Below are positions 27,898 through 37,329 of a stretch of 64,000 nucleotides of DNA, in pieces (positions within the stretch are counted from its first letter, which is position 1; each line of letters opens with the position of its first letter). Source of the DNA: an uncultured Oscillospiraceae bacterium (GTDB lineage Bacteria > Bacillota > Clostridia > Oscillospirales > Oscillospiraceae); NCBI GenBank assembly GCA_944385465.1, contig CALWXH010000002.1, forward strand, positions 13,569 to 77,568. Direction: 5' to 3'. The translations under genes were made by a program, and so were the position numbers. The notes under the pieces are model-generated. The model was not told where the DNA came from, searched no databases, and worked only from the letters and a program-made list of their open reading frames with translations.

Positions 27898-27999
27898 TCA
27901 TCCCTTTCCCTCCCGGTCACCGCGCTCCCGGTCCTGCTTTCCCAGGGAGCGGAAGATGAGGAACATGGCGATCATGGCGATCCAGACGGCGGCAGGCAT
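27898..27999 (-). CDS. 33-aa small membrane protein candidate, first cistron of the XRE operon
   Basis: MPAAVWIAMIAMFLIFRSLGKQDRERGDREGKG has one TM segment and a charged tail. GAGGAGGGG lies 5 nt upstream, and the stop is 4 nt before the XRE ATG. Below the ORF-track size cutoff. Confidence 0.4.
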   Translation of the reverse strand: MPAAVWIAMIAMFLIFRSLGKQDRERGDREGKG

Positions 28000-28033
28000 G
28001 TGGACCCCTCCTCGTGACAGCTTTCCTTGTCGT

Positions 28034-28088
28034 ATTGACAACTATACTTGTCAATATGCAATATATCATTGTCATCCGCCTTTGTCAA
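28034..28088 (-). promoter_or_regulatory. promoter with a perfect palindromic operator for the XRE operon
   Basis: Minus strand TTGACA-17 nt-TATATT (28083-28088 / 28060-28065), followed by ATTGACAA-N6-TTGTCAAT (28034-28055) at about +1. Confidence 0.6.
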
Positions 28089-28147
28089 GAGGGGGAGCGG
28101 AAAAACGTGGCGGAGAAATTTCCGGGGGGGGGAATCCCCGCCGGGGG

Positions 28148-28176
28148 TTGCCAGAGGGCCGGATGTTATGTATACT
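28148..28176 (+). promoter_or_regulatory. sigma-A type promoter for the GH25 gene
   Basis: TTGCCA-17 nt-TATACT, 44 nt upstream of ATG 28220. Confidence 0.55.
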
Positions 28177-28219
28177 AATGACCATCATCTCTTCTGGGTT
28201 CAGAGAAAAGGAGTGCGCC

Positions 28220-29566
28220 ATGAGGAAACGAGTTCTGACGCTGCTGCTGACGGCGGCCCTGGCCGCGGCCCTGCTGGCGGCGCCCGGTTCGGGGGCGGAG
28301 GCCCGGCGGGAAATGAATCTGACCGATGTGCCGGAGACGGCGTGGTACTATCCATACGTCAAGGACCTGTACGAGAGCGGGATTGTGGACGGCTTTGAGG
28401 ACAACACCTACCGGGGGGAGGAGTCCATCGCCTGGGGCCAGGCCTTCAAGCTCATCACCCTGGCCATCGGCTGCCAGGTGCCGGAGCCGGTGGAGGGGAA
28501 GCACTGGGCCTATCCGTACATACAGCTGGCCCGGGACAACCGGCTGCTGAAGTACTATTTTGACGAGGACTGGCTGGAGTGGCACCCCACCCGCCTTCAG
28601 GTGGCCCAGATGGTGGCCCGGGCCCTGGACCTGCTGAGCATCCCCCAGGGGGAGAGCCCCTTTGCCGACTGCGACGACGGCTATGTGACCCATCTGTATG
28701 AGAAGGGAATCCTGGTGGGGGAGTACGACGAGGCGGGGCAGTTGGTCTTTCTGCCGGAGGAGGAGATCACCCGGGCGGAGATCACCACCATCATCTGGCG
28801 GATGTACCACCTGGACGTGACGGGGGGCACCTTCCGCCACAGCAACTACTGGGTGGAGCCATTTGGGGCGGACCAGGTGGCCCCCTTCGGCTATGACACG
28901 GCGCAGTTTACCCTGGATGAGAACGGCTTCGTGACCTACGGGGACGACCCGGAGGCCCATGAGGTGGGGGTGGACGTGTCCGAGCACCAGGGGGAGATCG
29001 ACTGGCAGGCGGTGGCGGAGGCGGGCATTGACTTTGCCATCATCCGCATCGGCGGCCGGCTGATGCAGTCGGGGACCATCTTTGAGGACAAGTACTTCCG
29101 GGCCAACTTAGAGGGGGCGAAGGCCGCCGGGCTGAAGGTGGGGGTGTACTTCTTCTCCCAGGCCCTCAACGCCCAGGAGGGGCTGGAGGAGGCAGAGTTT
29201 GTGCTGGGATTGCTGGACGGCGTGGAGCTGGACTACCCGGTGGTGTGCGACTGGGAGTACCTGGGGGGCAATACCGCCCGGACCTACGGGGCGGAGCCGG
29301 CGGAGATCACCGCGGGGATTGACGCCTTCTGCGCCCGGGTGGAAGAGGCCGGCTACAGGGGAATGCTCTATTTCAACGCCTACTGCGGATACATCAAAAT
29401 GGACCTGCGGGAGCTGACGGACTATGACTTCTGGTATGCCCAGTACAGCGACGTCCCCAGCTACCGCTATCACTTCCAGATGTGGCAGTACTCCAGCAGC
29501 GGGCAGGTGGACGGCATCGACAGCGATGTGGACCTCAATCTCTGCCTGACGCCCTACGGAACATAA
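28220..29566 (+). CDS. secreted GH25 muramidase with three SLH-like repeats
   Basis: Signal peptide MRKRVLTLLLTAALAAALLAAPGSGA; SLH-like repeats (DVPETAWYYPYVKDLYESGIVDGF...); C-terminal GVDVSEHQGEIDW...DxDxN GH25 domain. Confidence 0.85.
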   Translation: MRKRVLTLLLTAALAAALLAAPGSGAEARREMNLTDVPETAWYYPYVKDLYESGIVDGFEDNTYRGEESIAWGQAFKLITLAIGCQVPEPVEGKHWAYPYIQLARDNRLLKYYFDEDWLEWHPTRLQVAQMVARALDLLSIPQGESPFADCDDGYVTHLYEKGILVGEYDEAGQLVFLPEEEITRAEITTIIWRMYHLDVTGGTFRHSNYWVEPFGADQVAPFGYDTAQFTLDENGFVTYGDDPEAHEVGVDVSEHQGEIDWQAVAEAGIDFAIIRIGGRLMQSGTIFEDKYFRANLEGAKAAGLKVGVYFFSQALNAQEGLEEAEFVLGLLDGVELDYPVVCDWEYLGGNTARTYGAEPAEITAGIDAFCARVEEAGYRGMLYFNAYCGYIKMDLRELTDYDFWYAQYSDVPSYRYHFQMWQYSSSGQVDGIDSDVDLNLCLTPYGT

Positions 29567-29568
29567 CA

Positions 29569-29600
29569 AATGGGCCTCTCCCCATGGGGAGAGGCCCATT
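29569..29600. terminator. bidirectional terminator between the GH25 gene and obg
   Basis: AATGGGCCTCTCCCC/GGGGAGAGGCCCATT inverted repeat flanked by A- and T-rich runs. Confidence 0.8.
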
Positions 29601-29608
29601 TTCTATCA

Positions 29609-30892
<1,284 letters not shown>

Positions 30893-31108
30893 AGTTACCT
30901 CCAGTCAAAGGGACCCGGCGGGAGCCGGGACGGCGCTGTGCGCCGTACAAGTGTTTTTGCGAAGCAAAAACCTTGGCGCAGGGCGAATCTACTTCGCCCG
31001 AGCATTTGAAAAAAGGGGCCCCCGGGCGGCGGTCTCGCCGCCTGGGGAAAAGACCCGGCGCCTGACGGATTCAGTTTGCCCGGACGAAAACTTCAGATGC
31101 GGGACGAT

Positions 31109-31143
31109 AAAAACAGGGCGCGCTGCGTCAGCAGTGCGCCCTG
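31109..31143 (-). terminator. intrinsic terminator of rplU-prp-rpmA
   Basis: CAGGGCGCACTGC-TGAC-GCAGCGCGCCCTG then TTTTT on the minus strand. Confidence 0.8.
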
Positions 31144-31146
31144 AAA

Positions 31147-31431
31147 TCACTGAGCGATCTCGTACACGGAGACCTTCTTGCGGTCCTTGCCGAAGCGCTC
31201 GAACTTCACAGTGCCGTCCACCTTGGCGAACAGGGTGTCGTCGCTGCCCTTGCCCACGTTGGTGCCGGGGTGAATGTGGCTGCCGCGCTGACGCACCAGG
31301 ATGTTGCCGGCCAGCACGAACTGACCGTCGGCCCGCTTCACGCCCAGGCGCTTGGCCTCGGAGTCACGGCCGTTCTTGGTGGAGCCGCCGCCCTTCTTGT
31401 GGGCGAAGAACTGAATGCTGATCTTCATCAT
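31147..31431 (-). CDS. rpmA: 50S ribosomal protein L27 with cleavable N-terminal extension
   Basis: [10 protein letters not shown]|[14 protein letters not shown]. The Firmicutes-type propeptide sits upstream of the mature AHKKG. Confidence 0.95.
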   Translation of the reverse strand: MMKISIQFFAHKKGGGSTKNGRDSEAKRLGVKRADGQFVLAGNILVRQRGSHIHPGTNVGKGSDDTLFAKVDGTVKFERFGKDRKKVSVYEIAQ

Positions 31432-31470
31432 GGTCCTTTTCCGTCCTTTCTGTCAAAGGTGTGGGAGGCG

Positions 31471-31819
31471 TTACGCCTCTTCGTCATCGTCGTCCAGCCG
31501 GACGGCGAGATAGTCGGGATATTCCTCGCTGAGGGACTGCAGGTACACCATCAGCCCGGTCAGAAGATTCTGACAGGTGATCTCGTTGGCCTCGCCCAGC
31601 CCTCCGGGGAGCTTGAGGGAGAGAAAGCCGTCTTTCTGGCGCATCTTCACCGGCGCGGCCAGGCCCAGCACCTCATTGACGGTGCACTCTGCCATGCCCA
31701 CGCAGGCGGAGATGGCGGCGCAGACGATGTCGCTGCCCTCCCTTGCGTATCCGCTGTGTCCCTCCACGGTAAAACCGTCCAGCCGGTCCTGCGTGCTGTG
31801 GAACGTAACGGTGGTCATA
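31471..31819 (-). CDS. prp: ribosomal-processing cysteine protease Prp
   Basis: 116 aa between rplU and rpmA. GHSGYAREGSDIVCAAISA carries the catalytic His/Cys pair. Part of the longer ORF 31471..32268, which otherwise runs through rplU out of frame. Confidence 0.88.
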
Positions 31820-31829
31820 CTCCTGTCCC

Positions 31830-32141
31830 TCAGGCGTTGACCTTGGTGATTTCCACCTTGGTGTAGGGCTGACGATGGCCCTGACGGCGGCGGTAGTTCT
31901 TCTTGGGTTTGTACTTGAACACCAGAACCTTCTTGCCCTTGCCGTTCTTCACCACGTTGGCGGTGACGGAAGCGCCGTCCACGGTGGGGGCGCCGAACTT
32001 GGCGGACTCGCCGTCCAGGACGGCCAGAACCTTGTCGAAGGTGATGGAGCTGCCGGCCTCGGCGTCCAGCTTCTCGATGTAGAGGACGTCGCCCTCGGTC
32101 ACCTTGTACTGCTTGCCGCCGGTCTCGATGATTGCGTGCAT
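31830..32141 (-). CDS. rplU: 50S ribosomal protein L21
   Basis: [25 protein letters not shown]...; start at ATG 32141. Confidence 0.95.
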   Translation of the reverse strand: MHAIIETGGKQYKVTEGDVLYIEKLDAEAGSSITFDKVLAVLDGESAKFGAPTVDGASVTANVVKNGKGKKVLVFKYKPKKNYRRRQGHRQPYTKVEITKVNA

Positions 32142-32545
32142 TGCTTGCACCTGCCTTTCCTTTATTACGGGCTCGCTGTCGGGGGAGGGGATCAACCCAC
32201 TTGTGTGCTCGCGCTTTGCCGGCTTGCGGCGGCTTGGCGCGTCTCGTTGTCACGCTCGGATTGGACACACGGCCGGGTCGCTTTCGCTGCGTCTCGCCCT
32301 GTAAACGGAATCGCGGGGCAATTCCTGGTTTCCAGGGCTCGCTTCACTCCAAGCTCCCCTGTGTGTCTATTCTCACGCTTCTTGCTGTCACGCTTCGCCT
32401 GTTCGCGACGCGGTTCTAAGCCCTGCGACTGCGCCAAAATCCCTCCGGCCCCCTGGGCCTGCTGGATTTTGGACTTCGCTCCGGTCTTAGCCCGCTGCTC
32501 ACGACGGCTCAGCGCTTCTCATGTCCCATTCAAAGCGGCTTTGAC

Positions 32546-32574
32546 ATTATATCAACGAGAGATGGGAATGTCAA
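32546..32574 (-). promoter_or_regulatory. consensus sigma-A promoter for the rplU operon
   Basis: Minus strand AAAAAAATCA-TTGACA-17 nt-TATAAT. This implies a ~400-nt leader. Confidence 0.7.
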
Positions 32575-32727
32575 TGATTTTTTTGCGGGGGCGGGGAAAT
32601 TTTTCGCGCTTTCCCCCGGACGGTGCACTTGTATGCATTTGCATACAAGTGCATACAAAGCTGTGCAAAACATGCCAACCGCAAAGACAAAAAACAAATA
32701 CAACAACAACCACATCCACAGCGGCAA

Positions 32728-34215
32728 CTACAGGGGCAGTGAGCGCTGGAAGCCGACGGCCTGCCGGATGTGCTGCGCACGCTTGTCCGCCGACTCCAGG
32801 TATTCCTTGGGGTACTTGGGGTTGGACAGCCGGGTGATCTTTCCCGTGTCCGGGTTCACCAGCTTGGTGATGCCCCCGGCCCCCAGGGACAGGACGCTCT
32901 GCAGCTCCTCCATCATGATGATGTTGTAGTCGCACCGGGTGCCCGGCAGGCACCAGCCCACATTTTCAAAGGAGCCGGACATGTACTTCTGCCGGTAGAG
33001 GTAATAGGGCTGGTACCCCCCGGCGGCCAGGGCCCCCTTGGCCTGGGCAAGCATGTCCGCCACGGCCTCCGGGGCGCACAGGTTTTCCTGCCGCTCCATG
33101 AGCCCGGCCCCCTTTTTCAGGGCCAGGGTGTGGACGGTGAGGTTGGCGGGGGCCATGGCCAGCACCTGCTCCAGGGTGCGGGCAAAGCCCTCCGGGCTGT
33201 CCCCCGGCAGGCCGGCGATGAGGTCCATGTTCACCAGGCCGCCGAAGTGGGCCCCGGCCAGGGCCATGGCGTCCCGGATCTGGGCGGCGGTGTGGGCGCG
33301 GCCCATGGCGCGCAGCACCGCGTCCTCCATGGTCTGGGGGTTGATGGAGATGCGCTGGATGCCGTGGGAGCGGAGCACCTCCAGCTTGTCCGCCGTGATG
33401 GTGTCCGGCCGGCCCGCCTCCACGGTGAACTCCGTACACCGCTCCAGGGGCAGATGCTGTTCCACGGCGGACAGCACCCGGTCCAGCTGGCCGGCGCTCA
33501 GGGTGGTGGGGGTGCCGCCCCCCATATAGGCGGTGGACAGGTGCAGCCCGGCGCCCTTCAGCTCCGCCCCCGCCAGGGCGATATCCCGGCACAGCGCGTC
33601 CACATAGGGCTCCACCAGGGCCAGGGCCCCCCGCACGTCGGCGGAGATGAAGGAGCAGTAGGCGCACCGGGTGGGGCAGAAGGGGATGCCCAGGTAGAGG
33701 GACAGGCCGTCCCGGCCCAGCCCCCGCCCCACCTCCAGAGAGGCCTGGGCGCAGGTCAGGGCCAGCGCCGCCCGGTCGGGGGTCACCCGGTACAGGCCGG
33801 TGAGCTCGTCCAGCACCTGCTCCCCGGAGGCCCCGGCGGCCAGCCGCCGGGTGGGCAGCTTCACCGGGCGCACCCCGGTGAGGGCTCCCCAGGGGGGCTG
33901 ATGGCCCAGGGCCTGGACGGCGGCGTCATAAAAGGCCAGGCGGACGGTGCGCTGCCGCGCCCGCCGGGCGGAGAGTGCGTCAGAGCCGGGCTCGACCCGG
34001 GCGGCGGCGCCTGCCTCATACCGCCGCCCTTCCCACCAGAGGACGGCCCGGGCGGCAAAGGCGCCGTCCTGCTCCTCCTCCAGGGTTACCAGGGCGGAGG
34101 GGGAGGCGCCCTCCGGCTCCCCCTGGGGATAGCGGGGCAGCTGGCCGGGGAAGAGGGTGAGCATGGTCTGCTCCACCGCGTAGCGGTAGTCGTGGCCCCG
34201 AAAATACAGGTCCAT
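32728..34215 (-). CDS. hemZ: radical SAM coproporphyrinogen-dehydrogenase-like protein (HemZ/HemN family)
   Basis: CxxxCxxC cluster IPFCPTRCAYCSF, a HemN-like core and C-terminal domain; 495 aa. Confidence 0.75.
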   Translation of the reverse strand: MDLYFRGHDYRYAVEQTMLTLFPGQLPRYPQGEPEGASPSALVTLEEEQDGAFAARAVLWWEGRRYEAGAAARVEPGSDALSARRARQRTVRLAFYDAAVQALGHQPPWGALTGVRPVKLPTRRLAAGASGEQVLDELTGLYRVTPDRAALALTCAQASLEVGRGLGRDGLSLYLGIPFCPTRCAYCSFISADVRGALALVEPYVDALCRDIALAGAELKGAGLHLSTAYMGGGTPTTLSAGQLDRVLSAVEQHLPLERCTEFTVEAGRPDTITADKLEVLRSHGIQRISINPQTMEDAVLRAMGRAHTAAQIRDAMALAGAHFGGLVNMDLIAGLPGDSPEGFARTLEQVLAMAPANLTVHTLALKKGAGLMERQENLCAPEAVADMLAQAKGALAAGGYQPYYLYRQKYMSGSFENVGWCLPGTRCDYNIIMMEELQSVLSLGAGGITKLVNPDTGKITRLSNPKYPKEYLESADKRAQHIRQAVGFQRSLPL

Positions 34216-34218
34216 GGC

Positions 34219-34851
34219 TCACTCCGCCATGGCCTGGAGCATGTAAAGATTGCTCCGGCGCTCCTCGTCCAGGGTGGACAGGCCCTCGTGGCCGGGGCAC
34301 ACCTGGTAGTCCCCGGGCAGGGCGGCCAGCTTCTTCAGAGAGGCCATGATCTGCGCGCCGCTGCCCCCCTCGAAGTCGGTGCGGCCAATGGAGCCCTGGA
34401 ACAGGGTGTCCCCGGTGAAGAGGACGTTTTCCCCCTTCAGGGTGACCGAGCCGGGGGTGTGGCCCGGGGTCTCCAGCACCTCCAGGGTGATGGGGCCCAC
34501 GCTCACCCGGTCCCCCTCCCGGTAGTAGCGCAGGTTGCCGAAGGAGCTCACCGAGGGGAAGGTGGCGCCGAACATGCGCACGGTGTGTACCTTCTCGTCC
34601 ACATCGGCGGGGTGGCAGTACACCGGCAGCTGGGGCCACTGCGCCCGCAGGCCGGGGATGCCCAGGATGTGGTCAAAATGGCTGTGGGTGAGGAGGATGG
34701 CCTGGGGCTCCAGCCCCTGGTCCTGGATCCAGGCGGCCACCTGCTCGCCGCTGTCGCCGGGGTCCACGACGCCGCAGCGCCGGTCCCCCTCCTCCCAGAA
34801 AATGTAGCAGTTGGTGCCGATCATGCCCAGCTGCATGACTTTGATCTTCAT
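34219..34851 (-). CDS. MBL-fold metallo-hydrolase (glyoxalase II-like)
   Basis: LLTHSHFDHILG motif; 210 aa. Confidence 0.85.
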   Translation of the reverse strand: MKIKVMQLGMIGTNCYIFWEEGDRRCGVVDPGDSGEQVAAWIQDQGLEPQAILLTHSHFDHILGIPGLRAQWPQLPVYCHPADVDEKVHTVRMFGATFPSVSSFGNLRYYREGDRVSVGPITLEVLETPGHTPGSVTLKGENVLFTGDTLFQGSIGRTDFEGGSGAQIMASLKKLAALPGDYQVCPGHEGLSTLDEERRSNLYMLQAMAE

Positions 34852-34890
34852 ACCGATCCCTCCGTTGTGGTTGATGGGCCGGGAGCCGCC

Positions 34891-35769
34891 TCAGGTTCCG
34901 GCCAGGGTGTCCCGCGCCAGCCGGAAGAGGTCCAGCAGGGCGGCCAGGTCCTTCCCCTCCCGGTCCAGGGAGGGATTGTATTCCACGCATTCAAAGCTGC
35001 ACACCTGGCCGGTACCCAGCACGGCCTCCAGAATGGCGCGCACCTGGGCCAGGGTCAGCCCGTTGGGGAGCAGGTAGCCGGTGGAGGAGAACTGGCTGGG
35101 GTCCAGGCTGTCCACGTCGAAGCTGATGTGTACCCGCTTGCCCGCCAGGGCGGGGAGCAGCTGGGAGAGCGCCCCCTCCAGCCCATCCCCGGCCAGCTGC
35201 TCCGGGGTGTACAGGTGGGCGCCCTGTTCCGCCAGGATGCCGTACTCCGGCGGGTCGATGGACCGCCCCCCCAGGATGTACAGGTTGTGTCCCAGCAGAT
35301 TCACCTTCTGCCGGCCCACGGTGAGCGCGTCGCAGCACAGCCCGCAGGCGGCGGCCAGGTCCATGCCGTGGATGCAGCCGGTGACCGAGGTCTGCTCCGT
35401 GTTGATGTCGGCGTGGGCGTCAATGTACACCACGGCCAGGTTCTCCGCCCCGTAGAACTCCCCCAGGGCGGCCAGGGAGCCCATGGCGATGGAGTGGTCG
35501 CCGCCGATGACCACGGGGAACTGCCCCCCCTCCAAGGCGGTGAGCAGGTTGGCGCGCAGGGCGCGGCTCACCGCCATCACCGTGTCCAGGTGGAGCAGGT
35601 GGGGGGGATACTGGGTGCAGGGGGGGAGCTTTTCCATGGGGTAGCAGGCCGCGCCCCCCAGCAGGGCGGGCAGGCCGGTGCCCACCAGGGCGTCGTAGGC
35701 GAATTCGGTGCCCCGGGTGGGGGAGCCGCAGGAGACCGCCGCCTCCAGCAGCGCGAAATGTCGTGCCAT
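34891..35769 (-). CDS. arginase/agmatinase/formiminoglutamase family protein
   Basis: Metal-binding motifs GGDHSI, DAHADIN and SFDVDSLDP. Confidence 0.8.
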   Translation of the reverse strand: MARHFALLEAAVSCGSPTRGTEFAYDALVGTGLPALLGGAACYPMEKLPPCTQYPPHLLHLDTVMAVSRALRANLLTALEGGQFPVVIGGDHSIAMGSLAALGEFYGAENLAVVYIDAHADINTEQTSVTGCIHGMDLAAACGLCCDALTVGRQKVNLLGHNLYILGGRSIDPPEYGILAEQGAHLYTPEQLAGDGLEGALSQLLPALAGKRVHISFDVDSLDPSQFSSTGYLLPNGLTLAQVRAILEAVLGTGQVCSFECVEYNPSLDREGKDLAALLDLFRLARDTLAGT

Positions 35770-35787
35770 GATCGTAAATCCTTTTCC

Positions 35788-36744
35788 TTATGAGATGGGG
35801 GAGGGGGCGTCCTCCCCGGAGAACAGGCCGGTGGAGAGATAGCGCTCCCCGGAGTCGGGCAGCAGCACCGCGATGGTCCTGCCCGCGTACTCCGGCCGCC
35901 GGGCCAGGGCCATAGCGGCCCAGAGGGCGGCGCCGGAGGAGATGCCCGCCAGCAGTCCTTCCCGGGCGCGCAGCAGCCGGGCGGCGCGGCAGGCCTGCTC
36001 CTGGGTGACGGGGATGACCTCGTCCAGCACGCCGGTGTTCAGGGCGGCGGGGAGAAAGTTGGGGCCGATGCCCTGGAGCCCGTGGGGGCCGGTGCGCCCC
36101 TGGCTGAGCAGGGGGGAGTCGGCGGGCTCCACCGCGATGACGCGCACCCCGGGGTCGCGCCCCTTCAGGTAGCGCCCCACCCCGGTGATGGTGCCGCCGG
36201 TGCCCACCCCGGCCACAAAGGCGTCCAGCCGGCCGCCGGTGTCCGCCCAGAGCTCCGGCCCGGTGGTGTCAAAGTGGGCCTGGGGGTTGGCGGGGTTGGC
36301 GAACTGGTCGGGGACAAAGCTGCCGGGGATGGAGGCGGCCAGCTCCCGGGCCCGGTCCACCGCCCCCTGCATGCCCAGGGCGCCGGGGGTGAGGACCACC
36401 TGGGCGCCGTAGGCGGCCATGAGCTGCCGGCGCTCCGCGCTCATGGAGTCGGGCATGACGATGATGGCTCGGTAGCCCCGCACCGCGGCCACCCAGGCCA
36501 GGCCGATGCCGGTGTTGCCCGAGGTGGGCTCGATGACGGTGCCGCCGGGGGCGAGCAGGCCCCGGCGCTCCGCGTCCTCCACCATGGCCAGGGCGGCCCG
36601 GTCCTTCACGGAGCCGGCGGGGTTGAAAAACTCCAGCTTGGCCAGCACCCTGGCCTTCAGCCCCTGGCATCGGGCCAGGCGGCCCAGCTCCAGCAGGGGG
36701 GTGTGGCCCACCAGATCTTCCGCGCGGGGATAGAGTTTGCCCAT
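35788..36744 (-). CDS. cysK: cysteine synthase A (O-acetylserine sulfhydrylase)
   Basis: PLP lysine context NPAGSVKDRAA and loop TSGNTGIGLA; 318 aa. Confidence 0.88.
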   Translation of the reverse strand: MGKLYPRAEDLVGHTPLLELGRLARCQGLKARVLAKLEFFNPAGSVKDRAALAMVEDAERRGLLAPGGTVIEPTSGNTGIGLAWVAAVRGYRAIIVMPDSMSAERRQLMAAYGAQVVLTPGALGMQGAVDRARELAASIPGSFVPDQFANPANPQAHFDTTGPELWADTGGRLDAFVAGVGTGGTITGVGRYLKGRDPGVRVIAVEPADSPLLSQGRTGPHGLQGIGPNFLPAALNTGVLDEVIPVTQEQACRAARLLRAREGLLAGISSGAALWAAMALARRPEYAGRTIAVLLPDSGERYLSTGLFSGEDAPSPIS

Positions 36745-36793
36745 GGTTGATCCCTCCCGGCCGCTAGCGCGGCGGCAATCAGACTTTCCATAG

Positions 36794-36823
36794 ATTATAG
36801 TGGCCGCCGGTGAGGGCTGTCAA
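36794..36823 (-). promoter_or_regulatory. sigma-A type promoter for cysK
   Basis: Minus strand TTGACA-18 nt-TATAAT. Confidence 0.55.
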
Positions 36824-36835
36824 GGGCGGCGGGCA

Positions 36836-36866
36836 AAAGAAAAACCCGCCTGCTTGCGCAGGCGGG
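36836..36866 (-). terminator. intrinsic terminator of rpsT
   Basis: CCCGCCTGC-GCAA-GCAGGCGGG then TTTTTCTTTT on the minus strand. Confidence 0.85.
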
Positions 36867-36877
36867 CTGGTGAGAAC

Positions 36878-37141
36878 TCAGGCCAGCTTGTTCAGCTTCA
36901 GGGTCAGAGCGCTCTTCTTGTTGGCGGCATTGTTGCGGTGGAGCAGACCCTTGGCGGCAGCCTGATCCACAGCCTTGACGGCCACCTTATAAGCGGCATC
37001 GGCCTCGCTGCGGTTGCCACCGGCCACCGCGGCCTCAAACTTCTTCAGATCGGTCTTCAGCGCGGACTTCTGAGCCTTGTTCTGAGCGGCCTTGGTGGCG
37101 TTCACCAGAACACGCTTCTTGGCAGACTTAATGTTGGGCAA
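36878..37141 (-). CDS. rpsT: 30S ribosomal protein S20
   Basis: (M)PNIKSAKKRVLVNATKAAQNKA. TTG start at 37141, 8 nt after GGAGGAGG. The longer ORF 36878..37234 is not used. Confidence 0.92.
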   Translation of the reverse strand: MPNIKSAKKRVLVNATKAAQNKAQKSALKTDLKKFEAAVAGGNRSEADAAYKVAVKAVDQAAAKGLLHRNNAANKKSALTLKLNKLA

Positions 37142-37329
37142 ACCAAACACCTCCTCCGATGAAAGTATAGTTCCGATATGGTTTTTTCCATAGCAGATAT
37201 GTATTCTAACATCAAAGTGGGAAAAAAGCAACACTTATTTTTCGATTTTCGCATAGAAAATTTCTTCCCGCAAAAAATAGGGCAGAATCGTGCAGCTTCC
37301 ACAATATCTTGGGGAGAGGAGTGAGGGAA

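Noticed and set aside
32770-35793. A very long ORF (1007 aa, + strand), plus similar giants at 11950..14457 (+), 42603..45137 (-), 39626..41599 (-), 1057..2370 (-) and 18306..19928 (+).
   Set aside because: They run antisense to genes with clear family signatures (hemZ/MBL/arginase, sbcD/MFS, PBP2, miaB, pepF). They translate to low-complexity Gly/Ala/Pro/Arg/His-rich sequence and lack RBSs. These are typical stop-poor shadow frames of high-GC DNA.
37142-37329. A forespore sigma-F/sigma-G promoter for gpr.
   Set aside because: This would be expected from Bacillus biology. However, I could only find partial matches (GCATA...; CACAATA), with imperfect spacing. That is not enough to annotate.
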